Shown: positions 1 through 12,560 of the stretch, in pieces
How positions within the stretch are numbered: position 1 is the first letter of the stretch
Layout of the letters: every line of letters begins with the position of its first letter
NCBI RefSeq assembly: GCF_001194135.2
Contig: NC_068985.1
Coordinates: 39,032,812 to 39,096,811 of the forward strand
Length of the DNA stretch: 64,000 nt
Reading direction: 5' to 3'
Source: Octopus bimaculoides
Taxonomy: Eukaryota
The notes under the pieces: generated by a model
The model's input: the letters and a program-made list of their open reading frames with translations, nothing else
Database searches by the model: none
What the model was told of the DNA's origin: nothing
Program-made: the position numbers and the translations under genes

Positions 1-114
1 TATATATATATATATGTCGTATCACATGTATCAGTAAATATGTAAATGTCATACATATACATACATGTGTATGCAGAAAATGTCAGTTTAATACATAGAT
101 AAATAAATTCGCTC

Positions 115-115
<1 letters not shown>

Positions 116-155
<40 letters not shown>

Positions 156-246
156 AAGATAGATAGATAGATAAAGAGAGAGTGAAGAAGAGAACGAGAC
201 AGAGGGAGAGAGAGAGAGAGAGATAGATAGAGAGAGAGAGAGAGAG
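116..246. repeat. (AGAT)n/(AG)n compound microsatellite
   Basis: Direct reading: agatagat... followed by gagaga runs. Confidence 0.95.
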
Positions 247-659
247 AGGTCAGGATCGGGCATAGAAGTATAAAACGCAGGACTGCAAGGTATTCAGGCC
301 TTTACTCGTCTATTTCACACCACCCAAACTCCTTCATAATTGTATCAGAAATTAATCATAAAAAGAGGCATAAGGTCACAGAAGCAATTTATAAAACTTC
401 TTTCACATAAAATGTAAGTTAATATTAATGTAAACTAATTTTAAAAAGTACTTTAATATCTTTCCATATTAAATTATGTTTAAATGCTTCAAGACGTACG
501 TGCATATGTATATATATATATATATATATATATNNNNNNNNNNCTGAGATGATTAGTTATTTTACATTATTGAAATAGGCTCAATTCCAACTTCTAAAGT
601 TATCAATGTAGCTGGTATATCTACCAAACGTCCATGCACAAAGGCTTGTATATTTATAT

Positions 660-1490
<831 letters not shown>

Positions 1491-1888
1491 TGTTGTTTCA
1501 TTCCTTTCCATGAATGTGTAAAGTCTTGTTTTTTCTGGTATTAGAACCTGAGATACAATTACTTCACAGGTGCCAAACTGGATCTAACTTGTACATAACT
1601 AAATTTCATGGCATAGACGCATTGTCAAACGCTTTCGATTAGTATTCAGCCAATCAATATACATATCGAACAAAAACTGTGTTGTCTATAGCGACTATAC
1701 GAAAATGTAGTGCCTCAGTTATATGAAGTTTGATGGACAAAATTATTGTGGCAGCGATGATAGTCACCCAGGTTTTTAATTCATAAGCAGACACATCAAA
1801 TAAATATCACTTTACAGCATTGATAAACATACGTAAACGCTAAATAGTTCACCAAATATGAGTAAAACTCTGTTAGAAATTAGAATTA

Positions 1889-2355
1889 CAGTAATCACTC
1901 GTCATATCACGTTTAGCCTATCGCGCCTTCATTACATCGCGGATTTTTCTAGCCAATATATGTAAATTTATATTGTGGGGGGGGGGGGTCTCTGCGGCCG
2001 ATAGGTATTTATGGTTTTAGACTTTAATTATTTCTGTGGTAAAATTAACATTTCCACGCCTTAAAATTAATAAATTGATAAATGAAAATACAGTACAGTA
2101 CTGCACATTAATTAAAATATATTAAAAAAAATATGTAGTGTACTGTAGATGAGCAAAGAATCGGACATACTGTATGGAAAACGAAACTCGGGAGGTGAAT
2201 GTGTAGTGTTGGTTTGGAATTATAATAAAATATATATATATACAAATTATAGAAATGATAAAAAAAACAAAATATACAGTACAGTACCGTTTCTACTTCG
2301 CGGATTTTTCGTGGGGTCTTGGAACGTAACACCGCCGATAATCGAAGGATTACAG
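1889..2355. mobile_element. Non-autonomous Tigger/pogo-like (Tc1/mariner) DNA transposon, MITE
   Basis: Left end TA|CAGTAATCACTCGTCATATCACG; right end CGCCGATAATCGAAGGATTACAG|TA is an imperfect inverted copy. TA on both sides. CAGTAATCCCTCG-type termini are typical of pogo/Tigger elements. AT-rich non-coding interior. Confidence 0.75.
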
Positions 2356-2481
2356 TACACAGAACAGACAAGATTATCAGAACACAATTTGGACCGCTAC
2401 GAAAAACTATCAGGAACATGATTAGAAAGTTAGCTGTAGATATAATAATGTTTCGAACACACAATATGCTACAACGTATAA

Positions 2482-2711
2482 GGTGGTGAGCTGGCAGAAA
2501 CGTTAGCACGCCGGGCGAAATGCTTAGCGGTATTTTGTCTGCCGTTACGTTCTGAGTTCAAATTCCTCCGAGGTCGACTTTGCCTTTCATAATTTTGTGG
2601 CCGATAAATTAAGTACCAGTTGCGTACTGGGGTTGATGTACTCGACTTAATCCCTTTGTCTGTCCTTGTTTGTCCTCTCTATGTTTATCCCCTTGTGGGC
2701 AATAAAGAAAT
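2482..2711 (+). mobile_element. tRNA-derived SINE family A, tail type A1
   Basis: Head GGTGGTGAGCTGGCAGAAACGTTAGCACG, B-box-like GAGTTCAAAT, central GCCTTTCAT...GATAAATTAAGTACCAG, tail TTTGTCTGTCCTTGTTTGTCC...GTGGGCAATAAAGAAA; near-identical to copies at 20835, 32816 and 61468. Confidence 0.9.
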
Positions 2712-2713
2712 GG

Positions 2714-2758
2714 GAAGCGTTAGCACATCGGGCGAAATGCTTAGTGGTATCTCGTCTG
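2714..2758 (+). mobile_element. SINE A head fragment fused to the preceding A1 tail
   Basis: GAAGCGTTAGCACATCGGGCGAAATGCTTAGTGGTATCTCGTCTG matches the A head minus its first ~15 nt. Confidence 0.8.
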
Positions 2759-3212
2759 AAAAACATTGTATTCTGAAAAACATGTATTCAGTTAGTTGCC
2801 TACGGAAGACCGTGACGACTCAACAGTTTCATTTTGTTAAACAATGTGTCTCTTCCAAAATATACACTAGCAGAGTCACATCCAGCGTAGAAAAATTAGA
2901 ACTCACCAAGGGTCAAGCTGAAACGGACGCTAATGGTGAATATAAAGAGTAAGATCTATAAGGAACTAAGCCAACAAGACAAATTCCGAAAATACTTGAA
3001 TATACACGAGTACTGAGATGTAATTTGAAAAGTCCGCCTTTTACATAGATATATAAGTGTGAACATTTCTATGTGCTGTGTTGGATACATTTGGTGTTCG
3101 TCTGGCATGTGCATTTTGTTCATTTTTATGTATTCTAATTATGCCTGCACTGACGATTAGAAAGTGGATTGTGTACACTAACTATGAAATCATATGATAT
3201 GCGGCTAAACCA

Positions 3213-3350
3213 ATTTTTAAGAGAGGACTTCCAAGTTGCATTCCCTCGCTGTCGGTACATTGTATATTCATTAAGGTAGTTTTGACTTTAAGAGTCCCTT
3301 ATAGCGAGCGTGAGGCATTTACTTGTAGTGAAGCCCTTAGTATAATAAAT
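3213..3350 (+). repeat. Unclassified dispersed repeat (second copy at 57218-57352)
   Basis: Shared colinear blocks AGTTGCATT..CTCGC..TCGGTA / ATTA.GGTA.TTT / AGAGTCCCT / CGTGAGG.ATT / GCCCTTA...ATAAAT, aligned by eye. Confidence 0.55.
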
Positions 3351-3465
3351 GTATTTAAAAGGGAATAAATTTAATTATATATTTTGTATAAATTTTTCCC
3401 TTAATTGGTTTTTCACGTTGACTACTTGATAAATTATTTTATTAGATTTTATTCTTATATTTAAC

Positions 3466-3488
3466 TATATATATGTATGTATGCATGC

Positions 3489-3569
<81 letters not shown>

Positions 3570-3580
3570 TGTGTGTGTGT
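3466..3580. repeat. (TA)n/(GT)n microsatellite at the internal-repeat position of SINE B
   Basis: Direct reading; abuts the SINE B 3' half. Confidence 0.9.
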
Positions 3581-3584
3581 TTAT

Positions 3585-3765
3585 TTGACAACCTATATTG
3601 GTGTGTTTAAGTTCTCGTAACCTAGCGGTTCGGCGAAAGACACACCGATAGAATAAGTACGAGGCTTACAAAGAATAAGTCCTGAAGTCGATTTCTGCGT
3701 CTGAAAATCCCTTAAAGTCGGTGTTTCATCATGGCCGTAGTCAACTGACAGAAACAAGTAAAAGA
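3585..3765 (+). mobile_element. SINE family B, 3' half
   Basis: TTGACAACC..GGTGTGTTT..CGTAACCTAGCGGTTCGGC..CCGATAGAATAAGTAC..CATGGCCGTAGTCAACTGACAGAAACAAGTAAAAG matches the 3' halves of copies at 19449 and 45103. Confidence 0.85.
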
Positions 3766-4326
3766 AAAAAGCGAAAACATATTTACATACCCACATACAA
3801 ACACACATGCACATACAAACATGCGTACATACATACATGGACACATACATTCATACATATATACACACACATGCATTCACACACACACATGCATACATAC
3901 GTACATACATAAACGGTTGTGCGTGTATGTATATGTATATTGATATGTACATACATCTATGCCATCTGTGTGGTGTTTTATGCATAGTCTTACGTATATG
4001 TGAATGTCCGTGAACAAAATACATACCATATGAGATACGGCTGCTAGATATTGGCAGCAAAAAGTTGCAATTTTAGCGAAAGGCATTTGCCAAAAATAAA
4101 AATATTACCATCCATCATTTAAAATATATGGAGAAAGTATATAGATTTATTTTGATTTGTTGCTGTATAGTATGAATGCATTTGTGTGCACATATTTACA
4201 TATACAGAAGCAGACAGACTCACACATATACGCATTCTCCCCATCACACAAAGTCTTATATGATATATGCGCGCGTGTGTGTGTGTGTGTGTGTGCGTTT
4301 GTATGTGTCTGTGTATATGTGTGTGC

Positions 4327-4365
<39 letters not shown>

Positions 4366-5683
4366 NNNNNNNNNNNNNNNNNNNNNNNNNNNNNNNNNNN
4401 NNNNNNNNNNNNNNNNNNNNNNNNNNNNNNNNNNNNNNNNNNNNNNNNNNNNNNNNNNNNNNNNNNNNNNNNNNNNNNNNNNNNNNNNNNNNNNNNNNNN
4501 NNNNNNNNNNNNNNNNNNNNNNNNNNNNNNNNNNNNNNNNNNNNNNNNNNNNNNNNNNNNNNNNNNNNNNNNNNNNNNNNNNNNNNNNNNNNNNNNNNNN
4601 NNNNNNNNNNNNNNNNNNNNNNNNNNNNNNNNNNNNNNNNNNNNNNNNNNNNNNNNNNNNNNNNNNNNNNNNNNNNNNNNNNNNNNNNNNNNNNNNNNNN
4701 NNNNNNNNNNNNNNNNNNNNNNNNNNNNNNNNNNNNNNNNNNNNNNNNNNNNNNNNNNNNNNNNNNNNNNNNNNNNNNNNNNNNNNNNNNNNNNNNNNNN
4801 NNNNNNNNNNNNNNNNNNNNNNNNNNNNNNNNNNNNNNNNNNNNNNNNNNNNNNNNNNNNNNNNNNNNNNNNNNNNNNNNNNNNNNNNNNNNNNNNNNNN
4901 NNNNNNNNNNNNNNNNNNNNNNNNNNNNNNNNNNNNNNNNNNNNNNNNNNNNNNNNNNNNNNNNNNNNNNNNNNNNNNNNNNNNNNNNNNNNNNNNNNNN
5001 NNNNNNNNNNNNNNNNNNNNNNNNNNNNNNNNNNNNNNNNNNNNNNNNNNNNNNNNNNNNNNNNNNNNNNNNNNNNNNNNNNNNNNNNNNNNNNNNNNNN
5101 NNNNNNNNNNNNNNNNNNNNNNNNNNNNNNNNNNNNNNNNNNNNNNNNNNNNNNNNNNNNNNNNNNNNNNNNNNNNNNNNNNNNNNNNTTCGTTTAAAAA
5201 AAATGTTGTAGATAAATTCAAAATTATTACAGACACGATGCTGATGATATTGGACTGGTGCATAATTATTGCGGCTTTTTTTCAACAAAATTTATTTAAC
5301 AGAAACAATAACATGTAACAAAAACGTCTTTAAATGAATATTCCGGAGCATATTCACCATCTACTTCAATTACTGCTTCCCATTTGCTTGGCATACGGTC
5401 AGTCCGTCATTTAAAGATGTTTTTTGTTAAATATTGTTATTGATTTGGTTGAATAAAATTTGTTGAATAAAAGCCGCAATAATTATGCACCAACCCTATA
5501 GTAACCTTGTTGACAATGATGAGGAGGAGGATAATGCGGGTAATGCGGTTGTGTTGTACGATCATAATCATAAACAAAAATATCAATAATAATAGAAGTT
5601 ATATTTGATATTTGTTTTGATATCATCATTAAGAACAAAATAGCATAATCATCAGTAACAACATCATCAACAACAATAATAAT

Positions 5684-5900
5684 CCTTTCTACTATAAGCA
5701 CGAGGCCATAAATTTTGTGGGGTGGAGGACTAGATGATTACATCTACCTCAGTGTTTCACTGGTGCTTAATTTATCGACTCCGAAAGGATGAAAATCAAA
5801 CTCGACTCGGTGGAATTTGAACTCACAGGGTAAAGACGGACGAAATGCCGCGAATGAAGCATCACGCCCGGCGTGCTAATGATTCTGCCAGCTAGCAGCC
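5684..5900 (-). mobile_element. SINE family A, A2-type tail, diverged
   Basis: Reverse complement of the A head (GCTAATGATTCTGCCAGC), GGAATTTGAACTC and TTAATTTATCGACTCCGAAAGGATGAAA; flanked by (AAC/AAT)-rich sequence. Confidence 0.85.
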
Positions 5901-6521
5901 TTACCAACAACAATAACAGGAATTTCTTTTCTTGGTCGGAAGAATCAGAAAAACGATATCCATAAAACAAGGAATGAGAAGAGGTTTTACACCGAGGAAA
6001 AGGTAAAATGAACGAGAGGAATACATCGATAAGTAATAACAAATATAAAAATAATAAAACAGAAGAAAAAGAAAAAGAAACAAGAAAATATGAATACGGC
6101 GAACACGAAGGTGACCTGAAGCTCGCCACAGACATACGCACAAACACGCACACACACACACACACNNNNNNNNNNNNNNNNNNNNNNNNNNNNNNNNNNN
6201 NNNNNNNNNNNNNNNNNNNNNNNNNNNNNNNNNNNNNNNNNNNNNNNNNNNNNNNNNNNNNNNNNNNNNNNNNNNNNNNNNNNNNNNNNNNNNNNNNNNN
6301 NNNNNNNNNNNNNNNNNNNNNNNNNNNNNNNNNNNNNNNNNNNNNNNNNNNNNNNNNNNNNNNNNNNNNNNNNNNNNNNNNNNNNNNNNNNNNNNNNNNN
6401 NNNNNNNNNNNNNNNNNNNNNNNNNNNNNNNNNNNNNNNNNNNNNNNNNNNNNNNNNNNNNNNNNNNNNNNNNNNNNNNNNNNNNNNNNNNNNNNNNNNN
6501 NNNNNNNNNNNNNNNNNNNNN

Positions 6522-6773
6522 NACCACTATCGGTTGTCAAGCGATGTTAGGGGGACAAACACAGACACACAAACATATACACACACATATATATATATAT
6601 ATACATATATATGACGGGCTTCTTTCAGTTACAGTCTATCAAATCCACTCACAAGGCTTTGGTCGGCCCGAGGCTATATTAGAAGACACTTGCCCAAGAT
6701 GCCACGCAGTGGGAATGAACCCGGAACCATGTGGTTGGTAAGCAAGCTACTTACCACACAGCCACTCCTGCGC
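6522..6773 (-). mobile_element. SINE family B (tRNA head + CORE-like domain), 3' end lost in gap
   Basis: Reverse complement reads GCGCAGGAGTGGCTGTGTGGTAAG...GGTTCCGGGTTCATTCCCACTGCGTGGCATCTTGGGCAAGTGTCTTC; the CCTTGGGCAAGT-type motif is the CORE-SINE signature. Confidence 0.9.
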
Positions 6774-7403
6774 TTTCATTAAATTTAATCGAAAATAATA
6801 CCTCCCTCTCTATTCTCAACTTCCTCCTCGAGTAGTACTTAAAGAATGTGATGATGGTTTAACGTGAAAGAAAAATAAAGCCCAGCCATTCAATTTTTTA
6901 GCCATGTCTTTCACAGAATTTCACTTGCTACAATCACCGGACAGAGAAAGTGTGTCCTCATTGTCAAAGGAAGGCAGTAGCACGATGTTTCCCAAAATTA
7001 TGCGTTTTTAAATTGCTTATAATGTCCATCATGTTTACTCATAACCTCATCGGCGTCATCACCCCTTGGCATATACAACTCGAAATGATTTCACTTTCTT
7101 GACGGATTCGGTGATCGGCTGCCAAAAGACAGGTGATGATATCTGGCAAAGAATAATAATACAGACATCTATTCCTGACAACTCGTCCCTTGGACAGCTG
7201 TTGAATACACCCGCCAAGTTGTTTCCGGAATGTGGTTATTCACAGCTCATTCCCTCTCTGATTGATAATTACAGTAGACATCAAGAATGGCATCGAAGCC
7301 CATCCGATCTACTTGGTTACCTCACACGAGATATTTGGCTAAGTGCTACTTGAAAACTATACACACCAGCTATTAATCGGATAAAACAGGAAAAACAAAA
7401 GGA

Positions 7404-7404
<1 letters not shown>

Positions 7405-7435
<31 letters not shown>

Positions 7436-7452
7436 GCAACAACAACAACAAC

Positions 7453-7484
<32 letters not shown>

Positions 7485-7494
7485 TAATAATAAT
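7405..7494. repeat. (AAC)n-(AAT)n microsatellite
   Basis: Direct reading. Confidence 0.95.
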
Positions 7495-7751
7495 ACTCCT
7501 GTTATTCAGGGTGCCCTTGACAATGATAAGAGAGGGATTTCAGAAACATCTACATAATACCGAGGAGAACCATGTCCCAGATAAATCCGATTGGGGCTGC
7601 AATAAGGGTGGAGCACTTGCAGAAAACAACACTGCTTGGAACCGCTCGAATACTCAGATCGTGCTCGAAATATAAGAGGTGTTACCTTAGTTCACTGGTA
7701 GTGAACAGCTGATACCGTAGTACATCTCTAGTGTGAGAAGCTGTGCAAAGA
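7495..7751 (+). mobile_element. 5'-truncated Dong/R4-clade non-LTR retrotransposon, 3' end
   Basis: Frameshifted translation gives VIQGAL..MIREGFQKHLHN..VEHLQKTTLLGTARILR, matching the IGALG..LQK..LLGTA.ILR C-terminus of R4/Dong REL-domain proteins; followed by a short UTR and an (AAC/AAT)n tail. Confidence 0.8.
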
Positions 7752-7792
7752 CAACAACAACAATAATAACAACAGCAATAATAACAACAACA

Positions 7793-8005
7793 GTTTCAAA
7801 CTCTCGCAGAAGGCGAGCAAGTTTTAAAGGGGAAATATCGATTACAACAGTTCCTGTGCATGATTGGTACAGTATTTTATCAGCCCCTAAACTACCAAAA
7901 CAATGTCGGTGTCGCTGGAATATGAAATCATAATGTAAAGAATGGAAGAAATATAAAACTAAGCATTTTGTCCGGCGTGCCAACGATGCTGTTAGCTTGC
8001 TGCTT
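7793..8005 (-). mobile_element. SINE family A, heavily diverged
   Basis: ACTAAGCATTTTGTCCGGCGTGCCAACGATGCTGTTAGC corresponds to the reverse-complement head; remnants of the central domain upstream. Confidence 0.65.
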
Positions 8006-8106
8006 GAAGGTTTCTACAAAAATAATCCCCGTTGTAATAACTTTTCTAAGTACCGTCACTAACAGATTTGGTAGTTTCCTTATTTAGGCTAGTGTAACTA
8101 CAAGCA

Positions 8107-8200
8107 AGAGTTCCATTAGTACAGAAACCTTCTCGACTGGGAACAGTAAACATTGTAAGAAAGGTAATCGGTGTTTAAGAAAACGAGTTATGACCCGGTA
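8107..8200 (+). mobile_element. Possible second, older Dong/R4 3' remnant
   Basis: Translates RVPLVQKPSRLGTVNIVRKVIGV*, resembling the LQK..LLGT..ILRKVL* terminus; short, so chance is not excluded. Confidence 0.35.
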
Positions 8201-9774
8201 CAGAGACATTAATTTCAAATGTAACACATTCGTACATACCATTTATTATAATAATACAGATAAGCGATTTTTTTCTGTCCAAAATAATTATAGACTCAGT
8301 TTTAATTTAGTTTAGATATATACACTACAATACATTTATTACATTTATGACAGAAACATACACATATCATAGCGTATATATCTTCGATTGTATATATGAA
8401 GGCAAATAGATATATGTATTATTTTGAAGCTAGATTGGATATATCTACGAAACATATCTTCATATGAATAGATATATGAATATGCATATATATATCTATC
8501 TAGTAAACAATATATTTTTATAGAGGGATATATTTGTTTAGGTACTTACGCCAAAAATAAAAAACGCTATTTCCTTTATCTAATATCCATCTCTGATTAT
8601 ATTCTTTTTGTTTTATGTTTTTCTCTCTCGTCTATCGGCATTAGAAGTTATAAGGAAATGCTTGGTGAGTATAAGTATTGAAAAAGTAATAGCACTGAGG
8701 GAAATTAAAAAAGATGAGCAAAGAAAGTGAAAATATAATGAGAGAAGTCAGAGAGTGAAGAAGAGATAAAAATTATTGGTATGTTAGAAAAGACATGAAT
8801 GATTGCGTAGAATTACCGATAAGAAAAGCATTAAATTCAGTAAAATCAATGCTTAACCGAAAGCCTACAATGAAGAGCTCTGCGCTCTGACAAATGCATA
8901 TTCATTCAATGCTAACCGCAATTATGACAACTGGTTATGTTCAGCATTTACAAAAAAAATAACTAAAAGATTTTTACCAGTAAATTGAATATAGTTACGC
9001 GTTGCCTGCATTACAATACATTCATATCATGTGACCAAAACATGTGAATGGAGCATTAAGTTCGATTAATAGCAATACAGACAACCGTTTCTTGTTTTGA
9101 AAGAAAAAATATCTTTCAGATTATAAGTCCGTCTAGCGAAAATTAATGATGGTGCACGTTAGAAAACATATCAGCTAATAGCACTTGTAATATAAGGTAA
9201 GCTTTAGTGATATGGAGCGATGTCAACTGTGATATTCGGAACAAACTTTTTCTCGAAATGCGAGATTCTTGTCACCTGAACCTGCTTCATATATAGAACA
9301 CGAAGTCGAATATACATTTTCTTTTTTTGTTGGTTTTCTTCGATCTTTCACGCTAGAAGTAGTCTATAGTGCTAAGAGAGCTAAAATAGCCAGAAGGAAA
9401 TTATTATAATGACTGCAGGATTAGATGAATAAATAGAAAGATGGAGGAGATTGACTGTGTGGGATGGAAAAAAATATTAAAAGTACTTAGAATTAATACA
9501 GAGTTGGGTGAGAAGTGCGGAGAAAATGAAGTATAGAGCGAATAAGAGAGAGAGATGTACAACAGCCATAGAGGGGAGATTGGATGAGAGCGGTAAGGTG
9601 TTAAAATAAAAGAAGTATAAAAATTGAAAGTATCTTAGTACGTTGGTTAAAGATAGAAAATGAGAGGGAGAGGGAGCAATTCATGCATGATATCGAAGTG
9701 GGAGTTGTTCAGAAAGGCAGGTAAGAAGTTCAGATAAATCTTTACAGACAGAAAAAGGAGAGAGAAAGAGAGAG

Positions 9775-9821
9775 AGGTAGGTAGGTAGGTAGGTAGGTAG
9801 GTAGGTAGGTAGGTACGTACG

Positions 9822-9852
<31 letters not shown>
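9775..9852. repeat. (AGGT)n-(ACGT)-(ACAT)n tetranucleotide microsatellite
   Basis: Direct reading. Confidence 0.95.
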
Positions 9853-9853
<1 letters not shown>

Positions 9854-10029
9854 CACGTAAGTAATAATTTTATATGTGAGTATACACTTTGTAGTATGCT
9901 GTTTAAAGCCGGTTCACTGTACTCGGCTACCTGATGTAAAAAACAGTATGGAGGTGTACACCACTAGAATTACTTCAGAAATTCATTTGTGTGTTTAGAG
10001 CTTGTAAAAATATGGGAGAAAGAAAGCTT

Positions 10030-10054
10030 CTTACCACACAACCACTCTTGCGCC
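10030..10054 (-). mobile_element. SINE B head remnant
   Basis: CTTACCACACAACCACTCTTGCGCC differs by about 2-3 nt from the head of the 6522-6773 copy. Confidence 0.5.
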
Positions 10055-10268
10055 TATGTATAGAATCACACTTCGCTTTAAAGAAAATAGTTTACTTTTG
10101 CCGTGGTATTAGTGCATTGAATATCTATTGTGATCGAAATCATAAACTGCCTGAAGAACATGGTAATATGACAACTGTTAGTGACTGTAGGTTAAGGCAT
10201 TGGAACATGTCCTTAGGTTGTGTTAAAAGCACCCTCTTTCATGATGAAGTGTGCAGGAACACAATACC

Positions 10269-10315
10269 GAGAGAGAGAGACAGAGAGAGAGACAGAGAGA
10301 GAGAGACAGAGAGAG

Positions 10316-10374
<59 letters not shown>

Positions 10375-10395
10375 GAGAGAGAGAGTGAGAGAGAC

Positions 10396-10438
<43 letters not shown>

Positions 10439-10510
10439 TACATACAGACAGACAGACAGACATACATACAGACAGACAGACAGACAAACAGACAGAGACA
10501 GACAGACAGA
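10269..10510. repeat. (AG)n/(AGAC)n microsatellite
   Basis: Direct reading. Confidence 0.95.
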
Positions 10511-11339
10511 TAGAGGCAGCTTCCTCCGTTGCCATTTCAGAAACAAGGTCGAATCGGCCAGTGTGATGTATACAAAAACTGTATATAAAGAAGACACTGG
10601 NNNNNNNNNNNNNNNNNNNNNNNNNNNNNNNNNNNNNNNNNNNNNNNNNNNNNNNNNNNNNNNNNNNNNNNNNNNNNNNNNNNNNNNNNNNNNNNNNNNN
10701 NNNNNNNNNNNNNNNNNNNNNNNNNNNNNNNNNNNNNNNNNNNNNNNNNNNNNNNNNNNNNNNNNNNNNNNNNNNNNNNNNNNNNNNNNNNNNNNNNNNN
10801 NNNNNNNNNNNNNNNNNNNNNNNNNNNNNNNNNNNNNNNNNNNNNNNNNNNNNNNNNNNNNNNNNNNNNNNNNNNNNNNNNNNNNNNNNNNNNNNNNNNN
10901 NNNNNNNNNNNNNNNNNNNNNNNNNNNNNNNNNNNNNNNNNNNNNNNNNNNNNNNNNNNNNNNNNNNNNNNNNNNNNNNNNNNNNNNNNNNNNNNNNNNN
11001 NNNNNNNNNNNNNNNNNNNNNNNNNNNNNNNNNNNNNNNNNNNNNNNNNNNNNNNNNNNNNNNNNNNNNNNNNNNNNNNNNNNNNNNNNNNNNNNNNNNN
11101 NNNNNNNNNNNNNNNNNNNNNNNNNNNNNNNNNNNNNNNNNNNNNNNNNNNNNNNNNNNNNTATATATATATATATATATATATGCATGTATGAATGTAT
11201 GTATATATACATATGCACATAAATTCACATACACACAAACACACATTTATATGAATATATATTTTATTTTTTAATTATATCTGCCACTCCATCCAGGGTC
11301 CTGCAGTGCAGTCATCCTGAACCACTGCCATCAAAGTAG

Positions 11340-11480
11340 TACCAGTATTTATTTTTATAGCCTGTAGCTATTTCACTGGTCTCTTTACCAAACTATAAGA
11401 TTACGGGACCGTAAATAAACCGACACCGATTTCCAATAAGGACAGGAGTACAAACACTAACACAGTTACATATCCATACA
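11340..11480 (-). mobile_element. Diverged SINE B 3'-half remnant
   Basis: CTGGTCTCTTTACCAAACTATAAGATTACGGGACCGTAAATAAACCGACACCG resembles the reverse complement of the B body (TCGGTCTCTTTTGC.GAAC.GCTAAGTTACGGGGACGTAAACACACC). Confidence 0.5.
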
Positions 11481-11781
11481 CATATGTACACATACATTCG
11501 CGCGCGCGCGTACACACATATAATAAATCTCGGCATCGTGAAGTATATTTGCCACCGAAATGAGGCTAACCTTTAAGGGTTGATGCTACTGTAGCTTGTA
11601 GCCCTAGGAAGACATTTCCTCCAGCTGACTATTGGCACACTATCTGTGCCCTATCAGTATTTGCAAAGAGAAGTCATCGTTCCCATCTCCAGTCTGACGT
11701 GATACACACGGACCCGAGTTTCTGGGTAATGACCCGACATCAGCGTGTGACAAACAACGGTTGGCGATGGGAAGTGATTCT

Positions 11782-11818
<37 letters not shown>

Positions 11819-12499
11819 TTATTCATATATAGTTGTTTGTAAAAAGGGAAATATGTGTGTATACATACAGGCACGAAACTGCGTCATATCCTCTGGTCGA
11901 TAAGTGATGAGGAATTAGGGACCTTCTGTGTCTGTTTTTCGTTTGTACATTTACTATACATTCTTTCACTTATTAAGAAACGAACGGAACGCAACGGAGT
12001 CTGGTTTATATATACATACATATATATATATGATTGACCGTTGACTGNNNNNNNNNNNNNNNNNNNNNNNNNNNNNNNNNNNNNNNNNNNNNNNNNNNNN
12101 NNNNNNNNNNNNNNNNNNNNNNNNNNNNNNNNNNNNNNNNNNNNNNNNNNNNNNNNNNNNNNNNNNNNNNNNNNNNNNNNNNNNNNNNNNNNNNNNNNNN
12201 NNNNNNNNNNNNNNNNNNNNNNNNNNNNNNNNNNNNNNNNNNNNNNNNNNNNNNNNNNNNNNNNNNNNNNNNNNNNNNNNNNNNNNNNNNNNNNNNNNNN
12301 NNNNNNNNNNNNNNNNNNNNNNNNNNNNNNNNNNNNNNNNNNNNNNNNNNNNNNNNNNNNNNNNNNNNNNNNNNNNNNNNNNNNNNNNNNNNNNNNNNNN
12401 NNNNNNNNNNNNNNNNNNNNNNNNNNNNNNNNNNNNNNNNNNNNNNNNNNNNNNNNNNNNNNNNNNNNNNNNNNNNNNNNNNNNNNNNNNNNNNNNNNN

Positions 12500-12560
<61 letters not shown>

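Noticed and set aside
2482-2560. A-box/B-box tRNA-like heads here and in all SINE copies
   Set aside because: They continue into SINE bodies and lack a full cloverleaf and terminator; they are not tRNA genes.
4119-5318. ORFs of 200-400 aa spanning N-runs (this and all other gaps)
   Set aside because: The length comes from X residues in assembly gaps; there is no coding evidence.
9121-9195. Segment with TTTCAG acceptor and GTAAGC donor
   Set aside because: Stop codons in all three frames; it could only be non-coding and has no other support.
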